Origin: Nemertoderma westbladi
Lineage: Eukaryota > Animalia > Xenacoelomorpha
NCBI GenBank assembly: GCA_032718475.1
Contig: JAUCBJ010003056.1
Location: 1 to 42,779 of the forward strand
Direction of reading: 5' to 3'
Length of the DNA stretch: 42,779 nt
This document shows positions 22,228 to 37,200 of this stretch, piece by piece. The notes below the pieces were generated by a model. The model saw nothing but the letters and a program-made list of their open reading frames with translations. It was not told the DNA's origin and searched no databases. The position numbers were made by a program, and so were the translations under genes. Each line of letters begins with the position of its first letter. Within the stretch, counting starts at the first letter, position 1.

Positions 22228-25200
22228 ATTAACGAACCTGCTATGTAGGTGTAGGACCCAGTAGCCCGTATATTGTGTACATTAACGAACCTGCTATGTA
22301 GGAACCAGTAGCCCATATATTGTGTACATTAACGAACCTGCTATGTAGGAACCAGTAGCCCGTATATTCTGTACATTAACGAACCTGCTATGTAGGAACC
22401 AGTAGCCCGTATATTGTGTACATTAACGAACCTGCTATGTAGGAACCAGTAGCCCGTATATTGTGTACATTAACGAACCTGCTATGTAGGACCCAGTAGC
22501 CCGTATATTGTGTACATTAACGAACCCGCTATGTAGGAACCAGTAGCCCGTATATTGTGTACATTAACGAACCTGCTATGTAGGAACCAGTAGCCCGTAT
22601 ATTGTGTACATTAACTAACCTGCTATGTAGGAACCAGTAGCCCGTATATTGTGTACATTAACGAACCCGCTATGTAGGAACCAGTAGCCCGTATATTGTG
22701 TACATTAACGAACCTGCTATGTAGGAACCAGTAGCCCGTATATTGTGTACATTAACGAACCCGCTATGTAGGAACCAGTAGCCCGTATATTGTGTACATT
22801 AACGAACCTATGTAGGTGTAGGACCCAGTAGCCCGTATATTGTGTACATTAACGAACCTGCTATGTAGGAACCAGTAGCCCGTATATTGTGTACATTAAC
22901 AAACCTGCTATGTAGGAACCAGTAGCCCGTATATTGTGTACATTAACGAACCTGCTATGTAGGAACCAGTAGCCCGTATATTGTGTACATTAACGAACCT
23001 GCTATGTAGGAACCAGTAGCCCGTATATTGTGTACATTAACGAACCCGCTATGTAGGAACCAGTAGCCCGTATATTGTGTACATTAACGAACCTGCTATG
23101 TAGGAACCAGTAGCCCGTATATTGTGTACATTAACGAACCTGCTATGTAGGAACCAGTAGCCCGTATATTGTGTACATTAACGAACCTGCTATGTAGGAA
23201 CCAGTAGCCCGTATATTGTGTACATTAACAAACCTGCTATGTAGGACCCAGTAGCCCGTATATTGTGTACATTAACGAACCTGCTATGTAGGAACCAGTA
23301 GCCCGTATATTGTGTACATTAACGAACCTGCTATGTAGAAACCAGTAGCCCGTATATTGTGTACATTAACGAACCTGCTATGTAGAAACCAGTAGCCCGT
23401 ATATTGTGTACATTAACGAACCTGCTATGTAGAAACCAGTAGCCCGTATATTGTGTACATTAACGAACCTGCTATGTAGAAACCAGTAGCCCGTATATTG
23501 TGTACATTAACGAACCTGCTATGTAGGAACCAGTAGCCCGTATATTGTGTACATTAACGAACCTGCTATGTAGGAACCAGTAGCCCGTATATTGTGTACA
23601 TTAACGAACCTATGTAGGTGTAGGACCCAGTAGCCCGTATATTGTGTACATTAACGAACCTGCTATGTAGGACCCAGTAGCCCGTATATTGTGTACATTA
23701 ACGAACCTGCTATGTAGGAACCAGTAGCCCGTATATTGTGTACATTAACGAACCTGCTATGTAGAAACCAGTAGCCCGTATATTGTGTACATTAACGAAC
23801 CTGCTATGTAGAAACCAGTAGCCCGTATATTGTGTACATTAACGAACCTGCTATGTAGGAACCAGTAGCCCGTATATTGTGTACATTAACGAACCTGCTA
23901 TGTAGAAACCAGTAGCCCGTATATTGTGTACATTAACGAACCTGCTATGTAGAAACCAGTAGCCCGTATATTGTGTACATTAACGAACCCGCTATGTAGG
24001 AACCAGTAGCCCGTATATTGTGTACATTAACGAACCTGCTATGTAGGAACCAGTAGCCCGTATATTGTGTACATTAACGAACCTGCTATGTAGAAACCAG
24101 TAGCCCGTATATTGTGTACATTAACGAACCTGCTATGTAGGAACCAGTAGCCCGTATATTGTGTACATTAACGAACCTGCTATGTAGGAACCAGTAGCCC
24201 GTATATTGTGTACTTTAACGAACCTGCTATGTAGGACCCAGTAGCCCGTATATTGTGTACATTAGCGAACCCGCTATGTAGGAACCAGTAGCCCGTATAT
24301 TGTGTACATTAACGAACCTATGTAGGTGTAGGACCCAGTAGCCCGTATATTGTGTACATTAACGAACCTGCTATGTAGGAACCAGTAGCCCGTATATTGT
24401 GCACATTAACGAACCTGCTATGTAGGAACCAGTAGCCCGTATATTGTGTACATTAACGAACCTGCTATGTAGGAACCAGTAGCCCGTATATTGTGTACAT
24501 TAACGAACCCGCTATGTAGGAACCAGTAGCCCGTATATTGTGTACATTAACGAACCTGCTATGTAGGAACCAGTAGCCCGTATATTGTGTACATTAACGA
24601 ACCTGCTATGTAGGAACCAGTAGCCCGTATATTGTGTACATTAACGAACCTGCTATGTAGGAACCAGTAGCCCGTATATTGTGTACATTAACGAACCCGC
24701 TATGTAGGAACCAGTAGCCCGTATATTGTGTACATTAACGAACCCGCTATGTAGGAACCAGTAGCCCGTATATTGTGTACATTAACGAACCTATGTAGGT
24801 GTAGGACCCAGTAGCCCGTATATTGTGTACATTAACGAACCTGCTATGTAGGAACCAGTAGCCCGTATATTGTGTACATTAACGAACCTGCTATGTAGGA
24901 ACCAGTAGCCCGTATATTGTGTACATTAACGAACCCGTTATATATAGGAACCAGTAGCCCGTATATTGTGTACATTAACGAACCTGCTATGTAGGAACCA
25001 GTAGCCCGTATATTGTGTACATTAACGAACCTGCTATGTAGGAACCAGTAGCCCGTATATTGTGTACATTAACGAACCCGTTATATATAGGAACCAGTAG
25101 CCCGTATATTGTGTACATTAACGAACCTGCTATGTAGGAACCAGTAGCCCGTATATTGTGTACATTAACGAACCTGCTATGTAGGACCCAGTAGCCCGTA

Positions 25201-28200
25201 TATTGTGTACATTAACGAACCTGCTATGTAGGAACCAGTAGCCCGTATATTGTGTACATTAACGAACCTGCTATGTAGAAACCAGTAGCCCGTATATTGT
25301 GTACATTAACGAACCTGCTATGTAGGAACCAGTAGCCCGTATATTGTGTACATTAACGAACCTGCTATGTAGGAACCAGTAGCCCGTATATTGTGTACTT
25401 TAACGAACCTGCTATGTAGGACCCAGTAGCCCGTATATTGTGTACATTAACGAACCTGCTATGTAGGAACCAGTAGCCCGTATATTGTGTACATTAACGA
25501 ACCTATGTAGGTGTAGGACCCAGTAGCCCGTATATTGTGTACATTAACGAACCTGCTATGTAGGACCCAGTAGCCCGTATATTGTGTACATTAACGAACC
25601 TGCTATGTAGGAACCAGTAGCCCGTATATTGTGCACATTAACGAACCTGCTATGTAGGAACCAGTAGCCCGTATATTGTGTACATTAACGAACCTGCTAT
25701 GTAGGAACCAGTAGCCCGTATATTGTGTACATTAACGAACCCGCTATGTAGGAACCAGTAGCCCGTATATTGTGTACATTAACGAACCTGCTATGTAGGA
25801 ACCAGTAGCCCGTATATTGTGTACATTAACGAACCTGCTATGTAGGAACCAGTAGCCCGTATATTGTGTACATTAACGAACCTGCTATGTAGGAACCAGT
25901 AGCCCGTATATTGTGTACTTTAACGAACCTGCTATGTAGGACCCAGTAGCCCGTATATTGTGTACATTAACGAACCTGCTATGTAGGAACCAGTAGCCCG
26001 TATATTGTGTACATTAACGAACCTATGTAGGTGTAGGACCCAGTAGCCCGTATATTGTGTACATTAACGAACCTGCTATGTAGGACCCAGTAGCCCGTAT
26101 ATTGTGTACATTAACGAACCTGCTATGTAGGAACCAGTAGCCCGTATATTGTGCACATTAACGAACCTGCTATGTAGGAACCAGTAGCCCGTATATTGTG
26201 TACATTAACGAACCTGCTATGTAGGAACCAGTAGCCCGTATATTGTGTACATTAACGAACCCGCTATGTAGGAACCAGTAGCCCGTATATTGTGTACATT
26301 AACGAACCTGCTATGTAGGAACCAGTAGCCCGTATATTGTGTACATTAACGAACCTGCTATGTAGGAACCAGTAGCCCGTATATTGTGTACATTAACGAA
26401 CCTGCTATGTAGGAACCAGTAGCCCGTATATTGTGTACATTAACGAACCCGCTATGTAGGAACCAGTAGGAGTAGCCCGTATATTGTGCACATTAACGAA
26501 CCTGCTATGTAGGAACCAGTAGCCCGTATATTGTGTACATTAACGAACCTGTTATATATAGGAACCAGTAGCCCGTATATTGTGTACATTAACGAACCTG
26601 CTATGTAGGAACCAGTAGCCCGTATATTGTGTACATTAACGAACCTGCTATGTAGGAACCAGTAGCCCGTATATTGTGTACATTAACGAACCTGCTATGT
26701 AGGAACCAGTAGCCCGTATATTGTGTACATTAACGAACCTGCTATGTAGGAACCAGTAGCCCGTATATTGTGTACATTAACGAACCTGCTATGTAGGAAC
26801 CAGTAGCCCGTATATTGTGTACATTAACGAACCCGTTATATATAGGAACCAGTAGCCCGTATATTGTGTACATTAACGAACCCGCTATGTAGGACCCAGT
26901 AGCCCGTATATTGTGTACATTAACGAACCTGCTATGTAGGAACCAGTAGCCCGTATATTGTGTACATTAACGAACCTGCTATGTAGGAACCAGTAGCCCG
27001 TATATTGTGTACATTAACGAACCTGCTATGTAGGACCCAGTAGCCCGTATATTGTGTACATTAACGAACCTGCTATGTAGGAACCAGTAGCCCGTATATT
27101 GTGTACATTAACGAACCCGCTATGTAGGAACCAGTAGCCCGTATATTGTGTACATTAACGAACCCGCTATGTAGGAACCAGTAGCCCGTATATTGTGTAC
27201 ATTAACGAACCTGCTATGTAGGAACCAGTAGCCCGTATATTGTGTACATTAACAAACCCGTTATATATAGGAACCAGTAGCCCGTATATTGTGTACATTA
27301 ACGAACCCGTTATATAGGAACCAGTAGCCCGTATATTGTGTACATTAACGAACCCGCTATGTAGGAACCAGTAGCCCGTATATTGTGTACATTAACGAAC
27401 CTGCTATGTAGGAACCAGTAGCCCGTATATTGTGTACATTAACGAACCTGCTATGTAGGAACCAGTAGCCCGTATATTGTGTACATTAACGAACCTGCTA
27501 TGTAGGAACCAGTAGCCCGTATATTGTGTACATTAACGAACCTGCTATGTAGGAACCAGTAGCCCGTATATTGTGTACATTAACGAACCTGCTATGTAGG
27601 AACCAGTAGCCCGTATATTGTGTACATTAACGAACCTGCTATGTAGGAACCAGTAGCCCGTATATTGTGTACATTAACGAACCTGCTATGTAGGAACCAG
27701 TAGCCCGTATATTGTGTACATTAACGAACCTGCTATGTAGGAACCAGTAGCCCGTATATTGTGTACATTAACGAACCTGCTATGTAGGAACCAGTAGCCC
27801 GTATATTGTGTACATTAACGAACCTGCTATGTAGGAACCAGTAGCCCGTATATTGTGTACATTAACGAACCTGCTATGTAGGAACCAGTAGCCCGTATAT
27901 TGTGTACATTAACGAACCTGCTATGTAGGAACCAGTAGCCCGTATATTGTGTACATTAACGAACCTGCTATGTAGGAACCAGTAGCCCGTATATTGTGTA
28001 CATTAACGAACCTGCTATGTAGGAACCAGTAGCCCGTATATTGTGTACATTAACGAACCTGCTATGTAGGAACCAGTAGCCCGTATATTGTGTACATTAA
28101 CGAACCTGCTATGTAGGAACCAGTAGCCCGTATATTGTGTACATTAACGAACCTGCTATGTAGGAACCAGTAGCCCGTATATTGTGTACATTAACGAACC

Positions 28201-31200
28201 TGCTATGTAGGAACCAGTAGCCCGTATATTGTGTACATTAACGAACCTGCTATGTAGGAACCAGTAGCCCGTATATTGTGTACATTAACGAACCTGCTAT
28301 GTAGGAACCAGTAGCCCGTATATTGTGTACATTAACGAACCTGCTATGTAGGAACCAGTAGCCCGTATATTGTGTACATTAACGAACCTGCTATGTAGGA
28401 ACCAGTAGCCCGTATATTGTGTACATTAACGAACCTGCTATGTAGGAACCAGTAGCCCGTATATTGTGTACATTAACGAACCTGCTATGTAGGAACCAGT
28501 AGCCCGTATATTGTGTACATTAACGAACCTGCTATGTAGGAACCAGTAGCCCGTATATTGTGTACATTAACGAACCTGCTATGTAGGAACCAGTAGCCCG
28601 TATATTGTGTACATTAACGAACCTGCTATGTAGGAACCAGTAGCCCGTATATTGTGTACATTAACGAACCTGCTATGTAGGAACCAGTAGCCCGTATATT
28701 GTGTACATTAACGAACCTGCTATGTAGGAACCAGTAGCCCGTATATTGTGTACATTAACGAACCTGCTATGTAGGAACCAGTAGCCCGTATATTGTGTAC
28801 ATTAACGAACCTGCTATGTAGGAACCAGTAGCCCGTATATTGTGTACATTAACGAACCTGCTATGTAGGAACCAGTAGCCCGTATATTGTGTACATTAAC
28901 GAACCTGCTATGTAGGAACCAGTAGCCCGTATATTGTGTACATTAACGAACCTGCTATGTAGGAACCAGTAGCCCGTATATTGTGTACATTAACGAACCT
29001 GCTATGTAGGAACCAGTAGCCCGTATATTGTGTACATTAACGAACCTGCTATGTAGGAACCAGTAGCCCGTATATTGTGTACATTAACGAACCTGCTATG
29101 TAGGAACCAGTAGCCCGTATATTGTGTACATTAACGAACCTGCTATGTAGGAACCAGTAGCCCGTATATTGTGTACATTAACGAACCTGCTATGTAGGAA
29201 CCAGTAGCCCGTATATTGTGTACATTAACGAACCTGCTATGTAGGAACCAGTAGCCCGTATATTGTGTACATTAACGAACCTGCTATGTAGGAACCAGTA
29301 GCCCGTATATTGTGTACATTAACGAACCTGCTATGTAGGAACCAGTAGCCCGTATATTGTGTACATTAACGAACCTGCTATGTAGGAACCAGTAGCCCGT
29401 ATATTGTGTACATTAACGAACCTGCTATGTAGGAACCAGTAGCCCGTATATTGTGTACATTAACGAACCTGCTATGTAGGAACCAGTAGCCCGTATATTG
29501 TGTACATTAACGAACCTGCTATGTAGGAACCAGTAGCCCGTATATTGTGTACATTAACGAACCTGCTATGTAGGAACCAGTAGCCCGTATATTGTGTACA
29601 TTAACGAACCTGCTATGTAGGAACCAGTAGCCCGTATATTGTGTACATTAACGAACCTGCTATGTAGGAACCAGTAGCCCGTATATTGTGTACATTAACG
29701 AACCTGCTATGTAGGAACCAGTAGCCCGTATATTGTGTACATTAACGAACCTGCTATGTAGGAACCAGTAGCCCGTATATTGTGTACATTAACGAACCTG
29801 CTATGTAGGAACCAGTAGCCCGTATATTGTGTACATTAACGAACCTGCTATGTAGGAACCAGTAGCCCGTATATTGTGTACATTAACGAACCTGCTATGT
29901 AGGAACCAGTAGCCCGTATATTGTGTACATTAACGAACCTGCTATGTAGGAACCAGTAGCCCGTATATTGTGTACATTAACGAACCTGCTATGTAGGAAC
30001 CAGTAGCCCGTATATTGTGTACATTAACGAACCTGCTATGTAGGAACCAGTAGCCCGTATATTGTGTACATTAACGAACCCGTTATATATAGGAACCAGT
30101 AGCCCGTATATTGTGTACATTAACGAACCTGCTATGTAGGAACCAGTAGCCCGTATATTGTGTACATTAACGAACCTGCTATGTAGGAACCAGTAGCCCG
30201 TATATTGTGTACATTAACGAACCTGCTATGTAGGAACCAGTAGCCCGTATATTGTGTACATTAACGAACCTGCTATGTAGGAACCAGTAGCCCGTATATT
30301 GTGTACATTAACGAACCCGTGCTATGTAGGAACCAGTAGCCCGTATATTGTGTACATTAACGAACCTGCTATGTAGGAACCAGTAGCCCGTATATTGTGT
30401 ACATTAACGAACCTGCTATGTAGGAACCAGTAGCCCGTATATTGTGTACATTAACGAACCTGCTATGTAGGAACCAGTAGCCCGTATATTGTGTACATTA
30501 ACGAACCTGCTATGTAGGAACCAGTAGCCCGTATATTGTGTACATTAACGAACCTGCTATGTAGGAACCAGTAGCCCGTATATTGTGTACATTAACGAAC
30601 CCGCTATGTAGGAACCAGTAGCCCGTATATTGTGTACATTAACGAACCCGTTATATATAGGAACCAGTAGCCCGTATATTGTGTACATTAACGAACCTGC
30701 TATGTAGGAACCAGTAGCCCGTATATTGTGTACATTAACGAACCTGCTATGTAGGAACCAGTAGCCCGTATATTGTGTACATTAACGAACCCGTTATATA
30801 TAGGAACCAGTAGCCCGTATATTGTGTACATTAACGAACCTGCTATGTAGGAACCAGTAGCCCGTATATTGTGTACATTAACGAACCTGCTATGTAGGAA
30901 CCAGTAGCCCGTATATTGTGTACATTAACGAACCTGCTATGTAGGAACCAGTAGCCCATATATTGTGTACATTAACGAACCTGTTATATGTAGGAACCAG
31001 TAGCCCGTATATTGTGTACATTAACGAACCTGCTATGTAGGAACCAGTAGCCCGTATATTGTGTACATTAACGAACCTGCTATGTAGGAACCAGTAGCCC
31101 GTATATTGTGTACATTAACGAACCTGCTATGTAGGAACCAGTAGCCCGTATATTGTGTACATTAACGAACCCGCTATGTAGGAACCAGTAGCCCGTATAT

Positions 31201-34200
31201 TGTGTACATTAACGAACCTGCTATGTAGGAACCAGTAGCCCGTATATTGTGTACATTAACGAACCTGCTATGTAGGACCCAGTAGCCCGTATATTGTGTA
31301 CATTAACGAACCTGCTATGTAGGAACCAGTAGCCCGTATATTGTGTACATTAACGAACCCGTTATATATAGGAACCAGTAGCCCGTATATTGTGTACATT
31401 AACGAACCTGCTATGTAGGAACCAGTAGCCCGTATATTGTGTACATTAACGAACCTGCTATGTAGGACCCAGTAGCCCGTATATTGTGTACATTAACGAA
31501 CCCGCTATGTAGGACCCAGTAGCCCGTATATTGTGTACATTAACGAACCTGCTATGTAGGAACCAGTAGCCCGTATATTGTGTACATTAACGAACCTGCT
31601 ATGTAGGACCCAGTAGCCCGTATATTGTGTACATTAACGAACCTGCTATGTAGGACCCAGTAGCCCGTATATTGTGTACATTAACGAACCCGCTATGTAG
31701 GACCCAGTAGCCCGTATATTGTGTACATTAACGAACCTGCTATGTAGGAACCAGTAGCCCGTATATTGTGTACATTAACGAACCTGCTATGTAGGAACCA
31801 GTAGCCCGTATATTGTGTACATTAACGAACCCGCTATGTAGGAACCAGTAGCCCGTATATTGTGTACATTAACGAACCCGTTATATATAGGAACCAGTAG
31901 CCCGTATATTGTGTACATTAACGAACCCGTTATATATAGGAACCAGTAGCCCGTATATTGTGTACATTAACGAACCTATGTAGGTGTAGGAACCAGTAGC
32001 CCGTATATTGTGTACATTAACGAACCTGCTATGTAGGTGTAGGACCCAGTAGCCCGTATATTGTGTACATTAACGAACCTGCTATGTAGGAACCAGTAGC
32101 CCGTATATTGTGTACATTAACGAACCTGCTATGTAGGAACCAGTAGCCCGTATATTGTGTACATTAACGAACCCGTTATATATAGGAACCAGTAGCCCGT
32201 ATATTGTGTACATTAACGAACCCGTTATATATAGGAACCAGTAGCCCGTATATTGTGTACATTAACAAACCCGCTATGTAGGACCCAGTAGCCCGTATAT
32301 TGTGTACATTAACAAACCCGCTATGTAGGACCCAGTAGCCCGTATATTGTGTACATTAACGAACCTGCTATGTAGGACCCAGTAGCCCGTATATTGTGTA
32401 CATTAACGAACCTGCTATGTAGGACCCAGTAGCCCGTATATTGTGTACATTAACGAACCCGTTATATATAGGAACCAGTAGCCCGTATATTGTGTACATT
32501 AACGAACCTGCTATGTAGGAACCAGTAGCCCGTATATTGTGTACATTAACGAACCCGTTATATATAGGAACCAGTAGCCCGTATATTGTGTACATTAACA
32601 AACCCGCTATATAGGAACCAGTAGCCCGTATATTGTGTACATTAACGAACCTGCTATGTAGGACCCATTAGCCCGTATATTGTGTACATTAACGAACCTG
32701 CTATGTAGGACCCATTAGCCCGTATATTGTGTACATTAACGAACCTGCTATGTAGGAACCAGTAGCCCGTATATTGTGTACATTAACGAACCTGCTATGT
32801 AGGAACCAGTAGCCCGTATATTGTGTACATTAACGAACCTGCTATGTAGGAACCAGTAGCCCGTATATTGTGTACATTAACGAACCTGCTATGTAGGAAC
32901 CAGTAGCCCGTATATTGTGTACATTAACGAACCTGCTATGTAGGACCCAGTAGCCCGTATATTGTGTACATTAACGAACCTGCTATTTAGGAACCAGTAG
33001 CCCGTATATTGTGTACATTAACGAACCCGTTATATATAGGAACCAGTAGCCCGTATATTGTGTACATTAACGAACCCGCTATGTAGGAACCAGTAGCCCG
33101 TATATTGTGTACATTAACGAACCTGCTATGTAGGAACCAGTAGCCCGTATATTGTGTACATTAACGAACCTGCTATGTAGGACCCAGTAGCCCGTATATT
33201 GTGTACATTAACGAACCCGCTATGTAGGAACCAGTAGCCCGTATATTGTGTACATTAACGAACCCGTTATATATAGGAACCAGTAGCCCGTATATTGTGT
33301 ACATTAACGAACCCGCTATGTAGGAACCAGTAGCCCGTATATTGTGTACATTAACGAACCCGTTATATATAGGAACCAGTAGCCCGTATATTGTGTACAT
33401 TAACGAACCTGCTATGTAGGAACCAGTAGCCCGTATATTGTGTACATTAACGAACCTGCTATGTAGGAACCAGTAGCCCGTATATTGTGTACATTAACGA
33501 ACCTGCTATGTAGGAACCAGTAGCCCGTATATTGTGTACATTAACGAACCTGCTATTTAGGAACCAGTAGCCCGTATATTGTGTACATTAACAAACCCGT
33601 TATATATAGGAACCAGTAGCCCGTATATTGTGTACATTAACGAACCCGCTATGTAGGAACCAGTAGCCCGTATATTGTGTACATTAACGAACCCGTTATA
33701 TATAGGAACCAGTAGCCCGTATATTGTATACATTAACGAACCCGTTATATATAGGAACCAGTAGCCCGTATATTGTGTACATTAACGAACCTGCTATGTA
33801 GGAACCAGTAGCCCGTATATTGTGTACATTAACGAACCCGCTATGTAGGAACCAGTAGCCCGTATATTGTGTACATTAACGAACCTGCTATGTAGGAACC
33901 AGTAGCCCGTATATTGTGTACATTAACGAACCCGCTATGTAGGAACCAGTAGCCCGTATATTGTGTACATTAACAAACCCGTTATATATAGGAACCAGTA
34001 GCCCGTATATTGTGTACATTAACGAACCTGCTATGTAGGAACCAGTAGCCCGTATATTGTGTACATTAACAAACCCGTTATATATAGGAACCAGTAGCCC
34101 GTATATTGTGTACATTAACGAACCTGCTATGTAGGAACCAGTAGCCCGTATATTGTGTACATTAACGAACCCGCTATGTAGGAACCAGTAGCCCGTATAT

Positions 34201-37200
34201 TGTGTACATTAACGAACCCGCTATGTAGGAACCAGTAGCCCGTATATTGTGTACATTAACGAACCTGCTATGTAGGAACCAGTAGCCCGTATATTGTGTA
34301 CATTAACAAACCCGTTATATATAGGAACCAGTAGCCCGTATATTGTGTACATTAACGAACCTGCTATGTAGGAACCAGTAGCCCGTATATTGTGTACATT
34401 AACGAACCCGCTATATAGGACCCAGTAGCCCGTATATTGTGTACATTAACGAACCCGTTATATATAGGAACCAGTAGCCCGTATATTGTGTACATTAACG
34501 AACCCGCTATGTAGGAACCAGTAGCCCGTATATTGTGTACATTAACGAACCCGTTATATATAGGAACCAGTAGCCCGTATATTGTGTACATTAACGAACC
34601 TGCTATTTAGGAACCAGTAGCCCGTATATTGTGTACATTAACAAACCCGTTATATATAGGAACCAGTAGCCCGTATATTGTGTACATTAACGAACCTGCT
34701 ATGTAGGAACCAGTAGCCCGTATATTGTGTACATTAACGAACCCGCTATATAGGACCCAGTAGCCCGTATATTGTGTACATTAACGAACCCGTTATATAT
34801 AGGAACCAGTAGCCCGTATATTGTGTACATTAACGAACCCGCTATGTAGGAACCAGTAGCCCGTATATTGTGTACATTAACGAACCCGTTATATATAGGA
34901 ACCAGTAGCCCGTATATTGTGTACATTAACAAACCCGTTATATATAGGAACCAGTAGCCCGTATATTGTGTACATTAACGAACCTGCTATGTAGGAACCA
35001 GTAGCCCGTATATTGTGTACATTAACGAACCTGCTATGTAGGAACCAGTAGCCCGTATATTGTGTACATTAACGAACCCGCTATGTAGGAACCAGTAGCC
35101 CGTATATTGTGTACATTAACGAACCCGCTATGTAGGAACCAGTAGCCCGTATATTGTGTACATTAACGAACCTGCTATGTAGGAACCAGTAGCCCGTATA
35201 TTGTGTACATTAACAAACCCGTTATATATAGGAACCAGTAGCCCGTATATTGTGTACATTAACGAACCTGCTATGTAGGAACCAGTAGCCCGTATATTGT
35301 GTACATTAACGAACCCGCTATATAGGACCCAGTAGCCCGTATATTGTGTACATTAACGAACCCGTTATATATAGGAACCAGTAGCCCGTATATTGTGTAC
35401 ATTAACGAACCCGCTATGTAGGAACCAGTAGCCCGTATATTGTGTACATTAACAAACCCGTTATATATAGGAACCAGTAGCCCGTATATTGTGTACATTA
35501 ACGAACCTGCTATGTAGGAACCAGTAGCCCGTATATTGTGTACATTAACGAACCCGCTATATAGGACCCAGTAGCCCGTATATTGTGTACATTAACGAAC
35601 CCGCTATGTAGGAACCAGTAGCCCGTATATTGTGTACATTAACAAACCCGTTATATATAGGAACCAGTAGCCCGTATATTGTGTACATTAACGAACCTGC
35701 TATGTAGGAACCAGTAGCCCGTATATTGTGTACATTAACGAACCCGCTATGTAGGAACCAGTAGCCCGTATATTGTGTACATTAACGAACCCGCTATATA
35801 GGACCCAGTAGCCCGTATATTGTGTACATTAACGAACCCGTTATATATAGGAACCAGTAGCCCGTATATTGTGTACATTAACGAACCCGCTATATATAGG
35901 AACCAGTAGCCCGTATATTGTGTACATTAACGAACCTGCTATATAGGAACCAGTAGCCCGTATATTGTGTACATTAACGAACCTGCTATGTAGGAACCAG
36001 TAGCCCGTATATTGTGTACATTAATGAACCCGCTATATAGGACCCAGTAGCCCGTATATTGTGTACATTAACGAACCCGTTATATATAGGAACCAGTAGC
36101 CCGTATATTGTGTACATTAACGAACCCGCTATGTAGGAACCAGTAGCCCGTATATTGTGTACATTAACGAACCCGTTATATATAGGAACCAGTAGCCCGT
36201 ATATTGTGTACATTAACGAACCTGCTATGTAGGAACCAGTAGCCCGTATATTGTGTACATTAACGAACCTGCTATGTAGGAACCAGTAGCCCGTATATTG
36301 TGTACATTAACGAACCTGCTATGTAGGACCCAGTAGCCCGTATATTGTGTACATTAACAAACCCGCTATGTAGGAACCAGTAGCCCGTATATTGTGTACA
36401 TTAACGAACCCGCTATGTAGGAACCAGTAGCCCGTATATTGTGTACATTAACGAACCTGCTATGTAGGACCCAGTAGCCCGTATATTGTGTACATTAACG
36501 AACCTGCTATGTAGGAACCAGTAGCCCGTATATTGTGTACATTAACGAACCTGCTATGTAGGAACCAGTAGCCCGTATATTGTGTACATTAACGAACCTG
36601 CTATGTAGGAACCAGTAGCCCGTATATTGTGTACATTAACGAACCTGCTATGTAGGAACCAGTAGCCCGTATATTGTGTACATTAACGAACCTGCTATGT
36701 AGGAACCAGTAGCCCGTATATTGTGTACATTAACGAACCTGCTATGTAGGACCCAGTAGCCCGTATATTGTGTACATTAACGAACCTGCTATGTAGGAAC
36801 CAGTAGCCCGTATATTGTGTACATTAACGAACCTGCTATGTAGGAACCAGTAGCCCGTATATTGTGTACATTAACGAACCTGCTATGTAGGAACCAGTAG
36901 CCCGTATATTGTGTACATTAACGAACCTGCTATGTAGGAACCAGTAGCCCGTATATTGTGTACATTAACGAACCTGCTATGTAGGAACCAGTAGCCCGTA
37001 TATTGTGTACATTAACGAACCTGCTATGTAGGAACCAGTAGCCCGTATATTGTGTACATTAACGAACCTGCTATGTAGGAACCAGTAGCCCGTATATTGT
37101 GTACATTAACGAACCTGCTATGTAGGAACCAGTAGCCCGTATATTGTGTACATTAACGAACCTGCTATGTAGGAACCAGTAGCCCGTATATTGTGTACAT

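Noticed and set aside
32368-36213. Seven 75-77 aa ORFs in array 3
   Set aside because: They arise where 47 and 49 bp units alternate and bypass the stop. They are only useful in showing the exon-derived IRATGSYIAG.
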